53,296 nucleotides of DNA from assembly GCA_001782475.1 (NCBI GenBank), contig MFOT01000008.1:1-53296 (forward strand). Direction: 5' to 3'. Source of the DNA: Candidatus Levybacteria bacterium RIFCSPLOWO2_01_FULL_38_21 (lineage in GTDB: Bacteria > Patescibacteriota > Microgenomatia > Levybacterales > UBA12049). Below are positions 24,076 through 31,059 of this stretch, piece after piece. The translations under genes and the position numbers were made by a program. The stretch's first letter is position 1; every line of letters begins with the position of its first letter. Below the pieces are notes generated by a model, which had not been told where the DNA came from, did not search any database, and worked only from the letters and a program-made list of their open reading frames with translations.

Positions 24076-26366
24076 AACTTCCCCTTCTTCCGTTTCTTGA
24101 AAAAAAAGAGAGTAGGGAATATTTTTTAGCCCTAGTTCTTCGAAACGAAAAGGTAAATGCGGTATTCTTTGAAGAATCTTTGGGAAAAGTCAGTGTTTTG
24201 GGAAAACACAGCGAATATTTTGAAAATTCAATCGAGCAAGTCTCTTTAGAAGAGCTGTTAGGCATTTTGGATAAAGCAATTTCAACTGCCGAGCAGTCGC
24301 TTCCTGAAAATGTCGAGACAGTCAAAACAATCTTTGGAGTAAAAGGAAGCTGGGTTGAGGATAACAAAATAAAAAAAGATTATCTCTTAAAGCTTAAAAG
24401 GATAAGCGATGAGCTGGGACTTGTTCCGATAGGTTTTTTAGTTGCATTTGAAGCAATTGTACATCTTCTGCAAAAAGAGGAGGGCGCACCAGTCACTGCA
24501 ATTTTAGTCGAAACAGGAGAAAAATATGTTTCTGTAGCACATATTAAAGCAGGCAAAATTATAGAATCAAAAACATCGGAGATTATTGAGTCCCCCGCTC
24601 AAACAGTTGATAATCTTTTAAAACATTTTTCTTCTTCGGAGATTTTACCATCCAGAATTATTATTTTCAACGGCGATGAGGATGAAAGTCAGGAATTTAT
24701 AAATCACAGATGGAGTAAAAGTTTACCTTTTCTTCACCTTCCTCAGGCAACAACACTTCCTTTTGAATTTGACTCTGGAGCAGTTCTTTTTGGAGCGGCA
24801 CAACAGATGGGTTTTGAAGTTTTGGAAGATGGGATTTCGGAAATACCACCTGATAGCCTCGCGCTTGGCGGAGCTGGGAAAAAGGAAGAAATCCAAAAGA
24901 CGGAAGGAAAAAAAGAACTTGAAGATGAAGCAGTAACAGACAAGATTAAAAAAATTCCCGATGAAACTTCCGCAGAATACTTTGGTTTTGCAGAAGGTAA
25001 GGATATTTTAAAAGAACCTTTGCCAAAAGAGAAGATTCCGCAGGACATCGGACAAAAAGAGCTAAAGGAAAAAATTGAAGACCTGCCTGCCGGCAAGGCA
25101 GGAATACCGGAAGAACTTCCCCTTCCCTTAAACGCTCTAATGATTTTAGATGGATTAAAAAGTGTATCTGAAAAATTATTGAATATTCTAAAAAAACTTT
25201 CAACAGAAAAACTTGCCACGGGAATTCTAAGAGGTGGAAAAGGGATAATTATACCTGCGGTTTTAATTTTTTTAATTTTTATTCTTGCCATTGTCTATTT
25301 ATTTACAAATAAAGCTTCTGTTGTTTTAAATATTGATGGGAAAACAACAGATAAAACCCAAAATGTAACTTTTTCCCAAAAGCCTACAGATCCTCTAAAA
25401 AATATTATTCAGGGAGAATTTGTTTCTGTTTCCGAAGATGGAACTATCTCTACTCAATCAACTGGCAAAAAAGAAGTCGGTACAAATGCAAAAGGAACAG
25501 TAACTGTCTTTAATAATGCTCCCTCCTCTCAAACATTATCTAAGGAAACTACCATAACATCCTCAAACGGTCTTGATTTCACTTTGGACAAAAGCGTCAC
25601 TGTTTCTTCCGCATCGGGCGATATCTTTTCGGGTACCACACCTGGAAAAACAAGCGTTTCCGCAACTGCAAAACAAATTGGACAAGAATACAACCTCCCT
25701 TCTAATACGAAGTTTTCTATTTTGGGAAGTACTACAATGGCTGCAAAAAATGATAATCCTTTTTCCGGTGGAACAAAAAAAGAAATAACTGTTGTTTCAA
25801 AAGATGATATAGCAAAACTTCTCGAAGATCTTCCCAAAAACCTAGAACAAAAGGCGAAAGACGATCTTTCTAAGAAAGTCTCGGATGATAAGGTTTTGCT
25901 TCCTGTATTTATAAGTAGAACTATTAGTAAAAAAGATTTTGACAAAGATACAGGTGATGAAGCAAAACAAGTAACGCTTAAAGGGTCTGTTAATTTTGGA
26001 GGAATCGCTTATAAAAAAAGTGACAGTACTAGTTTTGCAAACGAGCTTTTGAAAACGAGTATCTCAGCCGATCTGACTGTTGATCCAAATAATATAAAAA
26101 TCAAGGTTAAAGATATAAAAGAAAATAAGAATAAAGAAGTAAATACAAATATAACCATAGTAGGAACTCTTGTTCCAAAGATTGATGAGGAAAAACTTTC
26201 AAAACAGATTTCCGGAAAGTCTTTTAAAAAAGCCGAAGAGATTCTAGAAAGACTTCCGCAGGTTTCTGGTGTAGATATTAATCTTTCTTTTAACATTCCG
26301 TTTTTCCCAAAGCGACTTCCCTTTTCGTCAAAAAATGTAAAAATTACAACTAAAATAAATGGGTAA
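24072..26366 (+). CDS. Bitopic membrane protein: actin-like (FtsA/PilM-type) N-terminal domain, charged linker, one TM, then an extracellular S/T/K-rich domain of about 350 aa
   Basis: The N-terminal block LGLVPIGFLVAFEAIVHLL..APVTAILVETGEKYVSVAHIKAGKI resembles the FtsA/PilM ATPase core. TM segment IIIPAVLIFLIFILAIVYLF. ATGA overlap with alaS and 8-nt overlap with the sortase gene. Confidence 0.45.
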   Translation: MKLPLLPFLEKKESREYFLALVLRNEKVNAVFFEESLGKVSVLGKHSEYFENSIEQVSLEELLGILDKAISTAEQSLPENVETVKTIFGVKGSWVEDNKIKKDYLLKLKRISDELGLVPIGFLVAFEAIVHLLQKEEGAPVTAILVETGEKYVSVAHIKAGKIIESKTSEIIESPAQTVDNLLKHFSSSEILPSRIIIFNGDEDESQEFINHRWSKSLPFLHLPQATTLPFEFDSGAVLFGAAQQMGFEVLEDGISEIPPDSLALGGAGKKEEIQKTEGKKELEDEAVTDKIKKIPDETSAEYFGFAEGKDILKEPLPKEKIPQDIGQKELKEKIEDLPAGKAGIPEELPLPLNALMILDGLKSVSEKLLNILKKLSTEKLATGILRGGKGIIIPAVLIFLIFILAIVYLFTNKASVVLNIDGKTTDKTQNVTFSQKPTDPLKNIIQGEFVSVSEDGTISTQSTGKKEVGTNAKGTVTVFNNAPSSQTLSKETTITSSNGLDFTLDKSVTVSSASGDIFSGTTPGKTSVSATAKQIGQEYNLPSNTKFSILGSTTMAAKNDNPFSGGTKKEITVVSKDDIAKLLEDLPKNLEQKAKDDLSKKVSDDKVLLPVFISRTISKKDFDKDTGDEAKQVTLKGSVNFGGIAYKKSDSTSFANELLKTSISADLTVDPNNIKIKVKDIKENKNKEVNTNITIVGTLVPKIDEEKLSKQISGKSFKKAEEILERLPQVSGVDINLSFNIPFFPKRLPFSSKNVKITTKING
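25082..25102. repeat. Family B palindrome (CCTGCCTGCCGGCAAGGCAGG), in-frame copy
   Basis: Encodes LPAGKAG in the linker of the 764-aa protein. Related to the exact copies at 29993 and 44778. Confidence 0.75.
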
Positions 26367-27090
26367 ATACTATTACAAAAAGGCGGATAAATTTTTTAGA
26401 AAAACGAGGTTACGCCTATTAAGCCTTTTAATTCTTTTTGTTGGGGTGGTCATTGTTTTATATATATTTTTTCCTCTGATTTCATGGCAGATTTATTTTG
26501 CACCAGCTCTTGCATCATCTAGCATACAGACTCCCATCCCAAAATCAATGGTTATTAATCCGTCTACTATTGGGAGCTTAATCTCTCAAGCAGAAAATTC
26601 ACTCTCGGGAGTCGATTATACAAACGCCAAAAACTGGTTTCCGGGATTTAATCCCGCTCATCCTAAACAGCCAAAAATTCCATCTTATACGATTTCGATT
26701 CCGAAGCTTAAAATTAACAATGCTACAGTGTCAACACGCGATAATAACCTGGCAATTCATCTTGTTAATTATCAAAATACCGCTATTCCGCCGGAGTCGG
26801 GAAATGCTGTAATTTTTGGACATTCAACCCTGCCCCAGCTTTTTAATCCAAACGATTATAAGACTATTTTTGCCACTGCATATCAGCTAAGGGCAGGAGA
26901 TGAAATATATGCAAATGTAAACGGCATTTCTGTCAGATATAGAGTTTTTAATATTAGTGTCGTTGAACCGACAAATATATCTATTTTTGAACAAGACTAC
27001 AGCAATTCATATCTAACGCTTGTTACCTGTACCCCTCCCGGAACAACCTGGAAAAGACTGATTATAAAAGCAAGGTTTGAGAAAATTTAA
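26359..27090 (+). CDS. Sortase-family transpeptidase
   Basis: N-terminal TM anchor, catalytic His (IFGHSTL), the TLVTC Cys motif, and a downstream Arg. Confidence 0.85.
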   Translation: MGKYYYKKADKFFRKTRLRLLSLLILFVGVVIVLYIFFPLISWQIYFAPALASSSIQTPIPKSMVINPSTIGSLISQAENSLSGVDYTNAKNWFPGFNPAHPKQPKIPSYTISIPKLKINNATVSTRDNNLAIHLVNYQNTAIPPESGNAVIFGHSTLPQLFNPNDYKTIFATAYQLRAGDEIYANVNGISVRYRVFNISVVEPTNISIFEQDYSNSYLTLVTCTPPGTTWKRLIIKARFEKI

Positions 27091-27352
27091 AAATGGAAGA
27101 AGAAAATAAGTTTAAAACTATTTTAACTAAAATTTGGCCAACGATCTATAGAATAATAAATTCATTTATCTACTTTATACTCTCTGTTATTAAATCTATA
27201 GTATCAATTGCTATAAATCAAATAAAAGGGGGAAAAGACATATAAGAAGGGGCATCTTTAAAAGCGAAGAGGAAAAGCTTCGAAAAGCACTTGAAGCAAT
27301 CCAAAAAAAACTTGTTGGTAAAACACTCACTTACAAGGAAATCTATGCTGTA

Positions 27353-28543
27353 ATGGATGAGATCGCAAGAAATAGACTTGGGGACGTTTTAACTACTTAT
27401 TTTGCTGCATCCGGATACTCTAAGGGGTTTACTAATAAAGAACTTTATTATCTAACCCGCGCTATGGTAGACACAGGAAAACATCTTAAATTTCCCGGAA
27501 TTGTTGCCGACAAACATTCAATTGGAGGAGTTCCGGGAACAAGAACGACCCTAATAGTTGTACCCATAGTAGCTGCTGCAGGGTTTACTATTCCAAAAAG
27601 CTCATCTCGGGCAATAACTACTCCCGATGGAACAGCTGACGATATGGAAGTACTAGCGCCCGTTGTGCTTCCCAAAGATAAAATTTATAAAATTGTGGAA
27701 AAGACGAACGGGTGTATTGTGTGGGGAGCAAGTTTCGGCATAGCCCCTGCAGATGATGTGATAATAAATGTAGAAAAGCCTCTTCTTTTTGAAAGCTATG
27801 ACAAAATCCTGGTTTCTATAATGGCAAAGAAGGTTGCTTTTTCCTCAAATCATGTTGTAATTGATCTTCCTTACGGAAAGATGGTAAAAGTTCATAGAAT
27901 AAAGGATGCAGAAATTCTAAAAGGGAAATTTGAATATCTTGCCCGAAAGTTTAAAATCCGAATAAAGGTTCTAATTCACAAAACAGATGAGCCGGCAGGA
28001 AGAGGAATTGGTCCAATCTTAGAAACTCGCGAGGCATTAAGAGTTCTCCAGCAAAAATCAAATAGACCACTAGATCTTGAGCAAAGGAGTCTTCATATTG
28101 CAACTGAACTCCTAAGGCTTTGCTTAAAAGATTCCGATAGGCAGCTTAAAGAAATTGTTAAGAAAAATTATGGAACCTGCGCCAATTGGGCAAAAAAAAT
28201 ACTAAAAAACGGCGGGGCCTTTTTAAAAATGCAGGAAATAATTAAAGAACAGGGCGGAAACCCAAACATAGATAGCGAGGATTTAAAACCGGGAAAGTTT
28301 TTATTTAGAATAAAATCTGTCAAGAACGGAGTTGCAAAAAGGATAAACAGTAGGAATCTTACAATAATCGGAAAACTTTTAGGCGCTCCAAATCAAAAAG
28401 GGTCAGGGATTTACCTAAACAAGAAAATTGGCGAAAAAGTTGCGAAAAATGATACAATCTGTACATTATACAGCGAAAGTATGTATAATCTTAAAAACGG
28501 AAAAAGTTCGAAAGAACGTTTTCCGATAATAACAGTAGCATGA
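27353..28543 (+). CDS. deoA: AMP phosphorylase / thymidine phosphorylase-family enzyme (archaeal DeoA-type); N-terminal boundary uncertain
   Basis: DKHSIGGVPGTRTTLIVVPIVAAAGFTIPKSSSRAITTPDGTAD and APADD blocks closely resemble archaeal AMP phosphorylase. Similarity appears to continue upstream of ATG 27353; an in-frame TTG lies at 27290. Confidence 0.8.
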   Translation: MDEIARNRLGDVLTTYFAASGYSKGFTNKELYYLTRAMVDTGKHLKFPGIVADKHSIGGVPGTRTTLIVVPIVAAAGFTIPKSSSRAITTPDGTADDMEVLAPVVLPKDKIYKIVEKTNGCIVWGASFGIAPADDVIINVEKPLLFESYDKILVSIMAKKVAFSSNHVVIDLPYGKMVKVHRIKDAEILKGKFEYLARKFKIRIKVLIHKTDEPAGRGIGPILETREALRVLQQKSNRPLDLEQRSLHIATELLRLCLKDSDRQLKEIVKKNYGTCANWAKKILKNGGAFLKMQEIIKEQGGNPNIDSEDLKPGKFLFRIKSVKNGVAKRINSRNLTIIGKLLGAPNQKGSGIYLNKKIGEKVAKNDTICTLYSESMYNLKNGKSSKERFPIITVA

Positions 28544-28565
28544 CCCTTCGGCAAGCTCAGGGTCA
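28541..28565. repeat. Family C element, intergenic hairpin TGACCCT-N11-AGGGTCA starting in the deoA stop codon
   Basis: 7-bp perfect stem read directly. Core CCCTTCGGCAAGCTCAGGG. Confidence 0.8.
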
Positions 28566-28584
28566 TACTGAGTAAAATCGAAGT

Positions 28585-29541
28585 ATGAAAAGGTTTATTA
28601 TTCTTTTAGCAGTATTGCTTTTGTTTGCCGGTGCGACTGTTCTCTGGTGGAAAAACGGAAGTCGGGCCCAAGATCCAGCAAATAAAAGCTCTCAAATTTT
28701 CGTAGTTGTAAAAGGTGAGGGTGTTAGGGAAATTGCGAATAGTCTTAAGACAAAAGGACTGATTAAAGATCCTATTGTTTTCTTTCTTCAAACAAAAAGA
28801 TTAGGACTTGATAAAGATTTGGAGGCAGGGGATTTTAGATTAAGTCCATCTATGAGCCTCTATACCATTATTCAGAATCTAACTCACGGAACTTTAGATA
28901 TATGGATTACAATTCCCGAGGGAATAAGGGCGGAGGAAATTGCAAATATTCTTAAAAAGGGTATTCCATCGTACAAACCGGATTGGAGAGAAACTCTTGC
29001 AACAAGGGAGGGTTATCTATTCCCCGATACTTACCTTATTCCAAGAGACGCCGATATAAATCTTGTAATGTCGCTTCTTAATAATAATTTCGGCAATAAA
29101 TACGATGGGGTCGATGCAGAAAAAACAGGACTTTCGCAAGAAGAGATAGTAACGATCGCATCATTGGTTGAGCGAGAAGCAAAGCTTGCGCAAGACCGCC
29201 CTTTGGTAGCAAGCGTGATACTTAACAGACTTGGTATAGGCATGAAGTTGGATATTGATGCAACAGTTCAGTACGCATTGGGATATCAAGAAAATGAAAA
29301 AACATGGTGGAAGAAAAATTTAACAAAAGATGATCTTAAAATTAACTCTCCTTACAATACTTATAGAAATGCCGATTTGCCCCCTTCGCCTATTTCAAAC
29401 CCGGGACTTTCTTCTATTATGGCCGTCGTAAATCCTTCAAAAACTAATTATCTTTACTATGTCTCTGATAAATCCGGCCACTTGCATTTTGCAACAACAC
29501 TTAAGGAACAAAACGTAAATATAGAAAAATATGGATTATAG
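28585..29541 (+). CDS. mltG: Endolytic murein transglycosylase MltG (YceG-like)
   Basis: 318 aa with an N-terminal TM and YceG-type blocks (EGYLFPDTY, ASLVEREA, NRL...LDIDATVQYAL, YNTY...LPP.PI.NPG). Confidence 0.9.
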   Translation: MKRFIILLAVLLLFAGATVLWWKNGSRAQDPANKSSQIFVVVKGEGVREIANSLKTKGLIKDPIVFFLQTKRLGLDKDLEAGDFRLSPSMSLYTIIQNLTHGTLDIWITIPEGIRAEEIANILKKGIPSYKPDWRETLATREGYLFPDTYLIPRDADINLVMSLLNNNFGNKYDGVDAEKTGLSQEEIVTIASLVEREAKLAQDRPLVASVILNRLGIGMKLDIDATVQYALGYQENEKTWWKKNLTKDDLKINSPYNTYRNADLPPSPISNPGLSSIMAVVNPSKTNYLYYVSDKSGHLHFATTLKEQNVNIEKYGL

Positions 29542-29560
29542 ATTCAAAAATATAAAGCGA

Positions 29561-29620
29561 GGAACAAATTTTTTCGCTGGACGTCAAGCGAATTGCGGGT
29601 CCGAGAAAAAATTTAGTTCC
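29561..29620. terminator. A/T-rich inverted repeat between convergent mltG and the ytxH-like gene (possible bidirectional terminator)
   Basis: GGAACAAATTTTTTC (29561-29575) pairs with GAAAAAATTTAGTTCC (29605-29620), with one bulge. Confidence 0.35.
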
Positions 29621-29635
29621 GAGCGAGTTTAATGG

Positions 29636-29965
29636 CTAAGCGGGTTTTTTGCGGAAAAATCTTCTGTGAGGTAATTTTACTTCTTGAGATTCAGCCTGTT
29701 CTGAATTATTTTTGGTGACTCCGTTTCCGTTTATTATCTTTGGCTCCTCTACAACTTGTTCCATTTCCTCTCCATCTTCTTCTGGTTCTTCTTCGTCCAT
29801 CTGTGCTTCCAGAATTTCCGATAGTCCCCCAACTCCTTCTTTTGTAATCGTCTCTAAAAGTTTTTTTCCTTTTTTTGTCGAAAGAAAAAAAACAAGGCCT
29901 CCGCCTATAATTGCTCCCCATAAAAATCCATCAAAAAATCTGTTGTTATGATGATTATTGTTCAT
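29636..29965 (-). CDS. YtxH-like membrane-associated stress protein
   Basis: The GFLWGAIIGGGLVFFLSTKKGKKLLETI motif is typical of YtxH, followed by an acidic tail. Start set at MNNNHH (29965). Confidence 0.6.
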   Translation of the reverse strand: MNNNHHNNRFFDGFLWGAIIGGGLVFFLSTKKGKKLLETITKEGVGGLSEILEAQMDEEEPEEDGEEMEQVVEEPKIINGNGVTKNNSEQAESQEVKLPHRRFFRKKPA

Positions 29966-29966
29966 A

Positions 29967-30257
29967 TTATTCTCTTTCTTTTTTTGATTCCCGCCTGCCG
30001 GCAGGCATGGTTCTTTTTTTAAGAAGCTGGGCAATTGCCGCGCCAGTTTTAATTCCGGTTGCAAGACTTGAAAGACTGGAAATCGGCCCTGAGACGCTTT
30101 CTGTAATAACGCCAGTATCATCTAAAACTTTATTTGCTTTATCTACTGTTTTTCTAAGCTCTCTTAAAATAAAAAACACCTGAACACCTAAAGCTAAAAG
30201 AAGGATAGTCAAAACTATTATTACTAAAAATAAAGCTGTCTGGGCAGGATCTATCAT
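29967..30257 (-). CDS. DUF948-like membrane protein
   Basis: N-terminal TM followed by the ILRELRKTVDKANKVLDD helix. The pairing with a YtxH-like gene is common in Firmicutes. Confidence 0.55.
   Translation of the reverse strand: MIDPAQTALFLVIIVLTILLLALGVQVFFILRELRKTVDKANKVLDDTGVITESVSGPISSLSSLATGIKTGAAIAQLLKKRTMPAGRRESKKERE
29993..30008. repeat. Family B palindrome GCCTGCCGGCAGGC(AT), in-frame copy
   Basis: 16 nt identical to 44778-44793. Encodes MPAGR in the C-terminal tail of the DUF948-like protein. Confidence 0.85.
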
Positions 30258-30290
30258 GCTTAATTAAAGATAGCATTGAGAAAGTTCTGT

Positions 30291-30397
30291 GTCAACCCCG
30301 CACCAAAATGATAAAACTAGAACTTAAAAGATCAATTCAAGCTGGTATTTAAACTTAACCCAACTCTATGAATTTAAATACTTGGTGCGGGGTCAAC
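30291..30397. repeat. MITE-like unit: GTCAACCCCGCACCAA ... TTGGTGCGGGGTCAAC inverted repeats around a 75-nt AT-rich core
   Basis: 12-bp perfect complementarity (ACCCCGCACCAA / TTGGTGCGGGGT). The GTCAACCCC end sequence also occurs at the rpoC family A copy. Confidence 0.6.
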
Positions 30398-30421
30398 CCG
30401 GATTAAATATAACAAACAATT

Positions 30422-31054
30422 TTACTTTATAATCACGCGGCGTTCAATTCTTGTCTGTTTGCCAAAGCGGTTTACTGCCTTTACAATTATTGTTGTTTTT
30501 CCGGGAAATCCTGTAATTTCCTTTCTAAAAGTCCCGTCAGTATTTACCGAAACAGGCTCATCATTGACTGTGATAGTTGAGTTAGGATCTGTTTTTCCCA
30601 AAACCAAAATTGTTGATGATGATAAAACTGCCATTTCCGTTGGACTAGTTAATTTAATTGGAGGACTTATAAAAGCATATCGATATTGAAAAATTATAAA
30701 TCCCGAAAGAAGTATAAAAAGAAGTATTATCAAAATTACAGCCTGCTTTATTTTAAACCTCTTAAGCGGCATTTCTTTTTGCTCTACCAATCCCTCGGGT
30801 AAAACTTTATAGACTTTTTCTTGATCAAACTCACGCCTAAAGAGAGCTAATATTTCCTTTTCTTCAAGATCTAAAAATTTTGCGTAATTTCTAACAAATC
30901 CTTGTGCATAAGAAAAGGAAGGGAGTTTGTCATATTCCCCTTTTTCTATTGCGAAAAGAAACTCGACTCTTATTTTTGTTGCGTTTGAGATATCCTCAAG
31001 AGTAAGTTTTTTTTTAGTACGCTCATCTTTGAGTTTTTGACCGGCTCGTATCAT
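30422..31054 (-). CDS. RodZ-like HTH membrane protein
   Basis: N-terminal XRE-type HTH (LTLEDISNATKIRVEFLFAIEKGEY), a central TM, and a C-terminal beta-rich domain. ATG 31054 lies 5 nt after the ftsK stop. Confidence 0.6.
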   Translation of the reverse strand: MIRAGQKLKDERTKKKLTLEDISNATKIRVEFLFAIEKGEYDKLPSFSYAQGFVRNYAKFLDLEEKEILALFRREFDQEKVYKVLPEGLVEQKEMPLKRFKIKQAVILIILLFILLSGFIIFQYRYAFISPPIKLTSPTEMAVLSSSTILVLGKTDPNSTITVNDEPVSVNTDGTFRKEITGFPGKTTIIVKAVNRFGKQTRIERRVIIK

Positions 31055-31059
31055 TATCA

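Noticed and set aside
24743-26296. Antisense ORFs of up to 182 aa within the 764-aa membrane-protein gene
   Set aside because: The low-complexity Lys/Glu-rich sense sequence generates long Ser/Phe-rich antisense frames. The sense ORF is continuous for 764 codons and is coupled to both neighbours.
27093-27200. 35-aa ORF (MEEENKFKTILTKIWPTIYRIINSFIYFIPLLLNL) after the sortase gene
   Set aside because: It is very short, has no promoter or RBS signal, and its hydrophobic tail could arise by chance in AT-rich DNA. It was not reported as a feature.
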